A stretch of 32,000 nucleotides of DNA from an uncultured Alphaproteobacteria bacterium. GTDB taxonomy: Bacteria > Pseudomonadota > Alphaproteobacteria > Rs-D84. The translations under genes and the position numbers were made by a program. Below, in pieces: positions 6,776 to 15,257 of this stretch. Numbering within the stretch: the stretch's first letter is position 1; each line of letters starts with the position of its first letter. The notes below the pieces were generated by a model, which worked only from the letters and a program-made list of their open reading frames with translations, was not told where the DNA came from and made no database searches. Where the stretch lies: positions 480,001 through 512,000 of the forward strand of contig OZ007020.1 of NCBI GenBank assembly GCA_963931495.1. Reading direction: 5' to 3'.

Positions 6776-7834
6776 ATGCAGAATTCTGGGATTTTTACAA
6801 AAATAAAAACCGCCATTATAAACGGTGGTTTGTTTTCGGCAGGCATAATGATTCTATTTGGGCCACAATGTGCATTTTCTTATTCTTCGCCACTTGACGG
6901 TGGGTGCCGAATTCATGGTAATTGTGCCGATATTATTGGTTCTTCGGGGGGAAGTGGTGAACTGGCAAACTATATTAACTTAACACCGTGGTCAGGTGGA
7001 ACGTCTGTATGTTATTATCCAGACGGTGGTTCTGGTTTGGTCGGTAACAATATGCGTGAAGACTGTGTCATGTTCAGTGTTACAGGGGGCCAGGCGTATG
7101 CTTTTGAATGTCCGGCGTGTCATCCAGGGGATGAACTGGTGCCAACAGAATATACGTTTGGTGATTGTAAAATGATATTGGACACATGTGTTGATGCAAG
7201 TTGTGTTATAAAAAATGGTGCGTGTCCGGGTACAATAGCGCCCGGAATTACAAATTGTTCTTCGGTGGCAACGTTTTGTTTCGGTGGAACAACATATGTC
7301 AGCTGTGATGTTTGCCCCAGCAGTTATAACCGGGCGTTAAAAGAAACGATAACTGTGGATGGGTGCGATAATGTGTTAAATTTGTATCAGTGTAATAAAG
7401 GATTTATTCCCGCAGATCCATGTGCAAATTGTACGACAGATTCACAATGGACTTTTGTTCCTGGTGGGTCGTTGATTGGTTCTGGTGCATATAAACGTGT
7501 GTATCGTGAATGTAAAAAGACGTCTATGGGTATTGATTATTGTGCAGCAGAAACAAAATGGTCTTGCCGTTCGGGGTATTATGGAGTGCTGGTAGATGCC
7601 GGGGACGACAGTTTTTCTGGCAGTTGTACCAGATGCCCACAGCCAGACGGGCAGATCGCGGACATGATTGAGAGTAACATCGGCAGTAACAGCACTGTCG
7701 CTGGGTGTTATATTCCGGCAAATACAGATGTAGACGCAGAAGATGGAACGTATCAATTTGTCCAGGATTGCTTGTATACGGGCAGTGTTGTTGTTGGACC
7801 ACCGGCGGTCAGTGGCGGGGTAACGGCACAATAA
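6776..7834 (+). CDS. Secreted cysteine-rich protein (26 Cys), function unknown
   Basis: ATG 6776 follows a GTGGGGGA SD, which I prefer to the TTG at 6746. It has a signal peptide and CxxC / C-T-R-C-P motifs. Confidence 0.7.
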   Translation: MQNSGIFTKIKTAIINGGLFSAGIMILFGPQCAFSYSSPLDGGCRIHGNCADIIGSSGGSGELANYINLTPWSGGTSVCYYPDGGSGLVGNNMREDCVMFSVTGGQAYAFECPACHPGDELVPTEYTFGDCKMILDTCVDASCVIKNGACPGTIAPGITNCSSVATFCFGGTTYVSCDVCPSSYNRALKETITVDGCDNVLNLYQCNKGFIPADPCANCTTDSQWTFVPGGSLIGSGAYKRVYRECKKTSMGIDYCAAETKWSCRSGYYGVLVDAGDDSFSGSCTRCPQPDGQIADMIESNIGSNSTVAGCYIPANTDVDAEDGTYQFVQDCLYTGSVVVGPPAVSGGVTAQ

Positions 7835-7847
7835 GTTAAAATCAAAA

Positions 7848-7878
7848 AATATTGGGGCAAGTTTATTTGCCCCAATAT
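7848..7878. terminator. Bidirectional terminator, 13-bp perfect stem
   Basis: AATATTGGGGCAA-GTTTA-TTGCCCCAATATT. The right arm overlaps the last polA codons, and an A-run on the left gives a T-run for polA. Confidence 0.75.
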
Positions 7879-10652
7879 TTTCCAATCACGTAATCGGCGG
7901 CCAATGGTACAGATAACGTTGCAACAGATTCCATGGCAGATTCAATTTGTTGTGCAAATTCTGGCGCAGCGGATTCATCGCATTCAAAGATTATTTCATC
8001 GTGTACCTGCATAATCATTTGTATTTTGTCAGAATTTGGTTGGATTATATCTTGGTCAATGTTAACCATTGCACACCGCATCAGGTCGGCTTCAAATCCT
8101 TGGATTGGGGCATTAACGGCCGCGCGCATCGCGTATGCACGCATGCGCGGATTTTTGACTTCTGGTAATTCTATGCGACGGCCCCATGGGGTGTATACGC
8201 ACGCGTTTTCCATTGCAAATTGTTTAATACGATCAATGTATTCCCGAATTTCTGGCAGTCCAGCCATATATGAATTTATTATCTCTTGGGCCGTGGCACG
8301 TGATATCCCCAGTTGACCCGCCAGTCCAAATGATGATATCCCATATATGATAGAAAAGTTTACCGTTTTGGCCGCACGGCGTAAATCGCGTGGAACAGGG
8401 GTATCGGCCGCAATACCAAATATCTGACGCGCGGTTTGTTCATGAATGTCGGCGCCAGATTTGAATGTTTCTTTGAATGTGTGAACGTTTGCAACATCTG
8501 CCAACAGGCGCAGTTGAATTTGCGAATAGTCAGCAGAAATTAATACGCGATTTTCCGGCGCGATAAAGCATTTTCGGATTTCTTCGCCCAGTTCTGTTTT
8601 GATTGGAATGTTTTGCAGGTTGGGGTCACGACTGGACAGGCGCCCGGTGTTGGTACTGGTTTGTAAATATGTGGTATGTATGCGACCATCAGATGCAATT
8701 TGGCGCGGCAATGCATCTGCGTATGTGCCGGCCAGTTTCGCAATTGATCGCCATTCCAGAATTTTTTCTATGATTGGATGCGCGTCAGATAAATCATTTA
8801 ATGTATCGGCATCAGTTGAACGTTTCCGGTTTGCAGGTAATTGCAGTTCATCAAATAAAACAGTGCCCAGTTGTTTCGGACTGGCGATATTAAATTCGTG
8901 GCCGGCCATATCCCATATTTCTGATTCCAGTTTTTTTAATTGGTTATGGAATATATTTGATAATTGTTGCATGCCGTTTTTGTTTACCAGTACCCCGGCA
9001 CGTTCCATTTTGACCAAAACAGGCATTAATGGTAAATCGCATGTTTCGTATAATTTGCGCAGTTTTTCATCTTTGTTCAATTGCGGGCGCATTTTGTTAT
9101 ACAGTGCCATGCAAATCGTTGCGTCTTCGGCGGCATATGGGGCGGCGGTCGTAATGGCCAATGTGTCAAAGCGCATGTCGGCATCACGCGTTTTGGGTGG
9201 AAACAGTGATGCAAATGGTATATTTGTGTGCCCCAGATATTTTTGTGCCAGTTCATCTAGACCATGTCCGTGCAACGTTCCGTACAAAATGTATGATATC
9301 AGCATTGTGTCATCAACAGGTGTGATTTTGCCGATATCCCATCCAGTATTTGCGAATATATGCAAATCGTATTTTAAGTTGTGGCCAATCTTGGTAACTT
9401 TTTTATTTGTGAATATTGGCCACAATTTTTCGTACACAGTTTTGATATCTAATTGATTTGGGGCCAAGTTTTCAGTCGCAAATAAATCGTTGCCGCCGAC
9501 AATATGGCGAATCGGAATATATGCCCCATGCGAATCGTTTGTTGCCAAAGATATCCCCACCAATTGTGCAGTTAAATAATCCAGCCCGGTTGTTTCTGTA
9601 TCAATTGCAATAATGTCATTAACGTTTGATAAAAATTTGTCCAGTTCATCGGGTGTTGTAATTGTTTCGTATGTTAATTCATGTAACTGGGACGGTTGGG
9701 GTTGGGATTCTGGTTCAATTCCGCATTCTGATTTTTCAAACACGAATTGTTCGGTGTTGGTTGGTGATACATTTGCATCGTACGGAAATAATTTTTGAAT
9801 TTTTGTTATCAAAGAATTACTTTCCAGTGTGCTGCGCATAAATTCTGTGGCCGCCGGTGTGTTAAATATAAACGGTTTAATTTCCAATCCAGATAAATCA
9901 ACGTCTGTCTTTAATGTAACCAGTTGTTTGGATATATACGCCATTTCGCGATTATCGCGCAACAGGTTGCGAATTCGTTCGTTTGGTACGTCGTCCAAGT
10001 GTTCGTATAAATTATCCAGGTTCCCAAACTGGGTTATTAATTCAGATGCTTTTTTTGGGCCGATGCCGGGGACCCCAGGTACATTGTCAGATGAATCGCC
10101 CATCAGGCTTTGTACATCAATTACCTGGGATGGTGATACGCCGAATTTTTCAATAACTTGTGGGGTGCGAATTTCGCGTTCTTTCATTCCGTCGTATAAA
10201 AAAACACAATCAGATACCAACTGCATCAAATCTTTGTCACTGGTGATGATGCGCGTGGCGTCGTGACCGGTACAATTCATGCGTGCAATTGTTGCGATTA
10301 CATCGTCTGCTTCAACCCCGGGGATACACAGCATTGGCATGCCCATTGCGGCAACACCGGTGCGCACCATATATGATTGGGCAATTAAATCGGGTGGGGT
10401 TTCACGACGGTTTGCCTTGTATTCACTGTAAATATCCTGGCGAAAAGATTGACGTGATGCATCAAATACGCAAACAAATGCATCATTCGGTTTTGCCGAT
10501 GACAGCAATGGTAATATCATATTAAAAAATCCATATGCCGCGCCAGTTGGGGTGCCGTCTGAACGGGTCAGGCGGCTGTGCACGCCATAATATGCACGGA
10601 ATAATAAAGAATTACCATCAATCAGTGTCAGCATATGTCGCCATTCCCCCAT
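7863..10652 (-). CDS. polA: DNA polymerase I
   Basis: It has the 5'-nuclease N-terminus LIDGNSLLFRAYYG, motif A DYSQIQLRLLA, motif B RRAAKTVNFSIIYG and motif C QVHDEIIFE. The true start may be the ATG at 10634. Confidence 0.95.
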   Translation of the reverse strand: MGEWRHMLTLIDGNSLLFRAYYGVHSRLTRSDGTPTGAAYGFFNMILPLLSSAKPNDAFVCVFDASRQSFRQDIYSEYKANRRETPPDLIAQSYMVRTGVAAMGMPMLCIPGVEADDVIATIARMNCTGHDATRIITSDKDLMQLVSDCVFLYDGMKEREIRTPQVIEKFGVSPSQVIDVQSLMGDSSDNVPGVPGIGPKKASELITQFGNLDNLYEHLDDVPNERIRNLLRDNREMAYISKQLVTLKTDVDLSGLEIKPFIFNTPAATEFMRSTLESNSLITKIQKLFPYDANVSPTNTEQFVFEKSECGIEPESQPQPSQLHELTYETITTPDELDKFLSNVNDIIAIDTETTGLDYLTAQLVGISLATNDSHGAYIPIRHIVGGNDLFATENLAPNQLDIKTVYEKLWPIFTNKKVTKIGHNLKYDLHIFANTGWDIGKITPVDDTMLISYILYGTLHGHGLDELAQKYLGHTNIPFASLFPPKTRDADMRFDTLAITTAAPYAAEDATICMALYNKMRPQLNKDEKLRKLYETCDLPLMPVLVKMERAGVLVNKNGMQQLSNIFHNQLKKLESEIWDMAGHEFNIASPKQLGTVLFDELQLPANRKRSTDADTLNDLSDAHPIIEKILEWRSIAKLAGTYADALPRQIASDGRIHTTYLQTSTNTGRLSSRDPNLQNIPIKTELGEEIRKCFIAPENRVLISADYSQIQLRLLADVANVHTFKETFKSGADIHEQTARQIFGIAADTPVPRDLRRAAKTVNFSIIYGISSFGLAGQLGISRATAQEIINSYMAGLPEIREYIDRIKQFAMENACVYTPWGRRIELPEVKNPRMRAYAMRAAVNAPIQGFEADLMRCAMVNIDQDIIQPNSDKIQMIMQVHDEIIFECDESAAPEFAQQIESAMESVATLSVPLAADYVIGKYWGK

Positions 10653-10657
10653 GATTA

Positions 10658-11203
10658 TTAAAATATATAACGCAGTTTGGCACGCAATTCATATTGCAAT
10701 ATGTCCGGATTTATGTCGGCGATATCATACACGTCTGGGATATAAATTGCCCGACCTTCTATATCAATTTTGAATGGCAACACCGGTGGGGTAAAGGTCA
10801 GCCCCAGCATTGCTTGGTATGCGGTGGATTCATTTATATTAATATTTGTGTCGGTTGGGCCAAATTCACCGTCAAACGTACTGCCCACACCCAGCCCCAA
10901 GTATGGTTGGACAAGCGTTGTTGGCATTTTTGCGTATGCGTTTATCATTCCCAAGTGCAATTTATAATAATCATGATTCATGAAATTGTATTCCAGTTCA
11001 ATTCGTACAAATGGGACATCCATCCCCAGCACTGCACCGTATGATTGGGCAGAATGAGAATCTGTTTCGTTTTTTTCAAAAACGGTTGATGCGCCGGCAC
11101 CAATTGTTGCGCCGGCATAAATGTCAAACAGTGCCGCGGCGTCAGCGGTTCCAATCGTGACAGCAGATATTGCCATAAATGACAATAAATATTTTAATTT
11201 CAT
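10658..11203 (-). CDS. Small outer-membrane beta-barrel protein (OmpA/Omp25-like 8-strand class)
   Basis: It has a signal peptide ending ADA, alternating beta-strand pattern and a C-terminal LRYIF. Confidence 0.7.
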   Translation of the reverse strand: MKLKYLLSFMAISAVTIGTADAAALFDIYAGATIGAGASTVFEKNETDSHSAQSYGAVLGMDVPFVRIELEYNFMNHDYYKLHLGMINAYAKMPTTLVQPYLGLGVGSTFDGEFGPTDTNININESTAYQAMLGLTFTPPVLPFKIDIEGRAIYIPDVYDIADINPDILQYELRAKLRYIF

Positions 11204-11250
11204 AAAAGGCTCCTTTATATGATAATATATTAAAAAAAAGAGAGTTAAAT

Positions 11251-11772
11251 ATGCAAGAAAATAAACCTGTATTAATTGTTGGGTTGGGAAATCCGGGGGC
11301 GCAATATGATAATACGCGTCATAATGTCGGATTTATGGCAATACATAGGCTGGTGGGGGATGATGCCAGTTGGCGTAATGAACATAATGCGATGGTTGTC
11401 AAGTGTAAAATGAACGGATATACAGTTATGTTTGCGTTGCCCCAAACGTTTATGAATAACAGTGGCGTCGCGGTTCAGGCATTGATGGCGTACTATAAAA
11501 TTCCGTTGGAAAATCTGGTTGTGATTCATGATGATATGGATATAAAAATTGGTGATTTGCGTGAAAAAGTTGGCGGTGGCAGTGCCGGACACAATGGCAT
11601 AAAGTCTGTGGATGCGGCGGTTGGGCCGGAATATCGGCGTATTCGTATCGGAATTGGGCATCCGCGCGATACAGGGTCGCCAATTAATCCCGCTGATTGG
11701 GTTTTGGGTCGGTTTTCAGATGAAGAATTGCGTGTGATAAATAATGTGATATCTGGGATAAAATTGTTTTAG
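11251..11772 (+). CDS. pth: Peptidyl-tRNA hydrolase
   Basis: LIVGLGNPGAQYDNTRHNVGF and GHNGIKS motifs are present. Confidence 0.95.
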   Translation: MQENKPVLIVGLGNPGAQYDNTRHNVGFMAIHRLVGDDASWRNEHNAMVVKCKMNGYTVMFALPQTFMNNSGVAVQALMAYYKIPLENLVVIHDDMDIKIGDLREKVGGGSAGHNGIKSVDAAVGPEYRRIRIGIGHPRDTGSPINPADWVLGRFSDEELRVINNVISGIKLF

Positions 11773-11780
11773 TATAAAAT

Positions 11781-11797
11781 AACCCGCATGGCGGGTT
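11781..11797. terminator. Bidirectional terminator between pth and the 1064-aa gene
   Basis: AACCCGC-ATG-GCGGGTT is flanked by A/T runs on both sides. Confidence 0.65.
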
Positions 11798-11802
11798 ATT
11801 TA

Positions 11803-14800
11803 TTAAAATGGTAATGATATTGACCAGTTTGTTGGTGTGACCCCATCGGGCCATTGGTTATCAAATCTTTCAGTCGGTTCTTCTGCATTTCTTGCAGGGA
11901 TATACCACTGCGCCATTGGATAGTTACCTTCTTTGTCAGCGGCGTATGACGGTATGTAATAGTCACGGCTGGTCTTGTTAATAAACATGAAAGTTCCATT
12001 TGTACATTGTATTGTTTTGCCGGATGGGTATTCGGCCGTTTTGCCTGTCTCTGGGTATTCCACTGTACCGTCAACACATACCAAGAACAGTCTGTCACCA
12101 ATACCACCATAAGCAGAATTGTTATTTTGCATTGTTGCAACAAATGTGATCTTCCCCGGCAGGCACAACCCCTCGGCGGGTGGAACACTTTGACCTTCAA
12201 ATGATCCGTTGGCGCGTAATGTTGCTGTAATACGTGTAGCAGTTTTGTTGGAAAAATATGATATGTTTGTATTCCAATCTAATCCGGTGATATTTTTCGT
12301 TGGTTCCTTATTGCAACAATTGCCAAACGCATCACGATATGTTTTAGGGGTGTTTTCAAATTTGCAACAGTTTGTAATATCGCCGACAGAAAAACGCCAA
12401 AATTCATCACTGGGGCAATATTCGCCGTCGCCACTGTAATACCCGACCGGTACGCAACGTGATATATCTTCGTTATAGAAATAACCCGGCAAGCATTTTG
12501 AAACATAGCAACTTTTTGATTCAGAATCAGTGTTGGTATTTTTCGCGAACCATGACATCAATGTTTCGTTATCTGAATTCGTGCTGGGGATAACCTTGAT
12601 TTGATTATGGCGACTGTCGGCCTCTGTGCTGTCCAGACTGGACAAGTCGGTATCTGGTGCCGCTTCGCAATTGCCCCAAATTTTTTCCGTTATCCGGCAT
12701 AAATGGCATGTGTATGATTCAGGATCGGCACATTCAGTGGCGCATAAATCATACAGACAGTTTGTTGTACCGTCACTGGTGCATGTATTGACATTTTGTG
12801 TATTCGTTAACTGATATTGTCCGGCACCATATGTTTGGTCATAAAATGTTCCATTGGTGACGATTCCGCGATCTTCCAGTCTGTTGAAAACCTGGCTAAC
12901 CGTGTCATTGCCGGCATCGGCGATGCATTTTTGGACATCTTGCCAGCATGCAGTGCGGTTAATAATTCTTTTTCTGTTGGCAGAATTGTTGATATCTTGA
13001 CACAGGGCCAAATTACCAGATATTGAACGGCACGATTGTACAATACAGTTACGTCCAACTTCGCGGCACGTTTGTATAATTGTGTCGTACGTTTTGTCCA
13101 GTGCGATTTCTGTCATACCGGTACCCCAATCGGGCGTTTCTGTACCGGTGTCATCACCAGTATCGCCGGCGGGCAATTCCAATAATGCCGTACATGCATT
13201 TTGAACTTCGGAACACATTTCTTTGACTGTTTTGTCGGCTTCAACCCCAAATATAGACAGGGCGCGTGCATCAAAATCTTCCAACGAATCAGCCGAATCA
13301 GACAAACATTGTGTGGTCAGGGTTGTACAACTTTGGCGAACTTCTTCCATTTTGGCATCTTGGGCCAATTTGATTTGTGCCAATGCGTCTTCTATGAATT
13401 CATCCCAAATGTATCCAGATATGTCTTGGCAATTTTCTGTGGCGGTTTCCAAGTATTTCTTTTTTGAATTCAAGAATAATACAAATTTTTGATTTTCAGG
13501 GGCGTCGGTCCACTTTTTATCGCCGTCTGGACGGACGATTAAATTCGCAAAGTTGACCAATTCGGTTGTTAAAATTGCCTGGCCCGTAGATGGATCTATG
13601 TATTGGCCGGTTATATCCAAGCATTTTTCCATGTCTTCGCCGCATACAGTTGTATTGGTCAGCATATCCAACATCTTTTTGCGACATGTCAAGATATCAT
13701 CTGAATTACGCTGTTGATAAATATTAAGGCGTGACATGTCAAGCAATGCACCGCCTTCGCGGATACGTTCGCGGGCCTGTTCTTGCTGGGTTTCATATGC
13801 TTTCTTTACGGTATTACAATCTTGTTCAATCAGCATTTGATAACCGCTTTCCACGATGTCCAGTTCATCTTGACTGCATACTTCCAGTGCCATTTCGCGA
13901 CATACGGGTAATGCCGCACTGTATAATTCAGTTCCGCTTAATGCCGTTGTTGATGATCCCATCATGGAATCCACCGAATCAAATGCCGCGTCAATATTCA
14001 ATGTCAAAGACACGGGTGCCAAATTTTCACCAAATGTTGTATTATCAAATGTGTCGTTCAAACGTTCCGAGATTTCATCCAACAATGCCTTGGAATCAGA
14101 ACGATCTTCTTGTTGGAACGCCAATTCCCCTTCGGTTGCGACACTTAATGCTTCGGCGTCTTCTTTGTCCATGTTGACGGTTAATAAGTTTTGATTAAAA
14201 TCCAACAACATTTCTTCTATTTCAGCCAACTGGGCCTTGATTTCATCAAATTCATTTATGCGTGACGAGCACGCGCAACGTTTTAATTGGCTGTCTTTAT
14301 TTGCACAGAATTCATCCATACAATCATAATAAACCTGGCGACATGTGGTGATATCGCGATTCATTATTTCTTCGGCGGTGATTGTGCCAGTGCGCGCAAT
14401 GCGATTTGCCACCGATGTGCCCTGGGGTTGACGCAGTCCAGTCCCCGCAGATGGTGTTGTCGCCGAACGTGCAACGCGGCCAGTGGTTGCCGCGCGTGAT
14501 ACCGTGGTGCCACCACCACGGCCAGTTGTTGATACAGAACGCGTCCCAGATGTGGTGCGTGGTGTGGATACAGCACTGCGCACAGCACTGCGTGTGGCAG
14601 ACGATACCACAGATGCCCCAGATGTTGATGCGCGTGGCAGTACATTTGTTGCCGTGCGTGCCGTTACGTTGCCGGTGCCGTCCGCAGATGTGGCGCGTGT
14701 GGCAACGTCACGAACAACGACATTTTCGCCACGTGTGCTGGCCCCAGATGTACGTGATGTCGTTGCGCCAGATGTTGTGGCCGCAGATATATGTGTCGTA

Positions 14801-14997
14801 CGTGAAATCGTGTTTGATGATGTTGTGCGCTGGGATTCATTTGTTGTTTGGGTGGGGGTGGTGCGACTGGAACTGACCGTTGTGACCGTGCCACGACGCG
14901 TCGCCGCGCGTGCAGCATCATCCGCATCATCCGCGTATGCACCATGAAATGCCAGAATCCCAAGGCATACAGACAAAAATAGTTTAATTCCTTTCAT
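11803..14997 (-). CDS. Large secreted protein (1064 aa): signal peptide, ~180-aa S/T/R/A low-complexity tract, then a long Cys-rich region
   Basis: The signal peptide is MKGIKLFLSVCLGILAFHGAYA. Paired-Cys motifs (CRQVYYDCMDEFC, CLPGYFYNEDISRC) run throughout. I recognise no family. Confidence 0.8.
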   Translation of the reverse strand: MKGIKLFLSVCLGILAFHGAYADDADDAARAATRRGTVTTVSSSRTTPTQTTNESQRTTSSNTISRTTHISAATTSGATTSRTSGASTRGENVVVRDVATRATSADGTGNVTARTATNVLPRASTSGASVVSSATRSAVRSAVSTPRTTSGTRSVSTTGRGGGTTVSRAATTGRVARSATTPSAGTGLRQPQGTSVANRIARTGTITAEEIMNRDITTCRQVYYDCMDEFCANKDSQLKRCACSSRINEFDEIKAQLAEIEEMLLDFNQNLLTVNMDKEDAEALSVATEGELAFQQEDRSDSKALLDEISERLNDTFDNTTFGENLAPVSLTLNIDAAFDSVDSMMGSSTTALSGTELYSAALPVCREMALEVCSQDELDIVESGYQMLIEQDCNTVKKAYETQQEQARERIREGGALLDMSRLNIYQQRNSDDILTCRKKMLDMLTNTTVCGEDMEKCLDITGQYIDPSTGQAILTTELVNFANLIVRPDGDKKWTDAPENQKFVLFLNSKKKYLETATENCQDISGYIWDEFIEDALAQIKLAQDAKMEEVRQSCTTLTTQCLSDSADSLEDFDARALSIFGVEADKTVKEMCSEVQNACTALLELPAGDTGDDTGTETPDWGTGMTEIALDKTYDTIIQTCREVGRNCIVQSCRSISGNLALCQDINNSANRKRIINRTACWQDVQKCIADAGNDTVSQVFNRLEDRGIVTNGTFYDQTYGAGQYQLTNTQNVNTCTSDGTTNCLYDLCATECADPESYTCHLCRITEKIWGNCEAAPDTDLSSLDSTEADSRHNQIKVIPSTNSDNETLMSWFAKNTNTDSESKSCYVSKCLPGYFYNEDISRCVPVGYYSGDGEYCPSDEFWRFSVGDITNCCKFENTPKTYRDAFGNCCNKEPTKNITGLDWNTNISYFSNKTATRITATLRANGSFEGQSVPPAEGLCLPGKITFVATMQNNNSAYGGIGDRLFLVCVDGTVEYPETGKTAEYPSGKTIQCTNGTFMFINKTSRDYYIPSYAADKEGNYPMAQWYIPARNAEEPTERFDNQWPDGVTPTNWSISLPF
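14383..14916 (-). repeat. G+C-rich low-complexity coding tract with degenerate CCAGATGT (T-S-G) repeats
   Basis: It encodes residues ~28-205 (TSGA/TRxA-type repeats). All six frames are open here. Confidence 0.7.
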
Positions 14998-15010
14998 CTT
15001 TTATATATAG

Positions 15011-15040
15011 ATACTAGCAAATTTTGGAAAAACGGTTCAA
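15011..15040 (-). promoter_or_regulatory. Possible promoter of the 1064-aa gene (TTGAAC-18 bp-TAGTAT on the minus strand)
   Basis: Reverse complement of GTTCAA at 15035-15040 and ATACTA at 15011-15016. Confidence 0.3.
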
Positions 15041-15060
15041 GAAATAATTTACATATATTT

Positions 15061-15145
15061 TGGTGCGGATAGGGGGACTTGAACCCCCAAGGATTTTGTC
15101 CACAGCATCCTTAGTGCTGCGCGTTTACCATTTCGCCATATCCGC
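15061..15145 (-). tRNA. tRNA-Leu, type II (long variable arm); anticodon reads AAG
   Basis: The 85-nt sequence is GCGGATA-TG-GCG..CGC-G-CAGCA-CTAAGGA-TGCTG-variable arm-GGGGG-TTCAAGT-CCCCC-TATCCGC-A-CCA. It aligns arm for arm with E. coli tRNA-Leu as I recall it. Confidence 0.85.
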
Positions 15146-15150
15146 ATAAA

Positions 15151-15180
15151 ATTATGTGCACCATTAGGAATCTTGGTCAA
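15151..15180 (-). promoter_or_regulatory. Promoter for tRNA-Leu (TTGACC-18 bp-CATAAT on the minus strand)
   Basis: The -10 ends 5 nt before the mature tRNA 5' end. Confidence 0.4.
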
Positions 15181-15215
15181 TCTTACAAGATGCAGTTTTT
15201 TTTTCAATATTTTTA

Positions 15216-15224
15216 TGATATAAT
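15216..15224 (+). promoter_or_regulatory. Extended -10 element TGATATAAT for the OM gene cluster
   Basis: TGnTATAAT lies about 34 nt upstream of ATG 15258. Confidence 0.4.
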
Positions 15225-15257
15225 GTCGGTAACAGTTGGTTAATGTAGGGGTATTAA

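Noticed and set aside
8599-9456. 285-aa ORF on the plus strand.
   Set aside because: It is entirely antisense to the well-supported polA. Its Cys/Ser/Phe-rich composition is typical of antisense frames.
11773-11803. Search for a direct repeat of the tRNA-Leu 3' end (GGTTCAAGTCCCCCTATCCGCACCA) that would delimit a genomic island around the 1064-aa gene.
   Set aside because: No match was seen at this boundary by eye, so an att-bounded island cannot be claimed.
14364-14963. Four overlapping ORFs (93-164 aa) on both strands.
   Set aside because: They fall within the G+C-rich low-complexity tract of the 1064-aa gene, where stop codons are depleted in all frames. Only the long frame has a signal peptide and continues for 3.2 kb.
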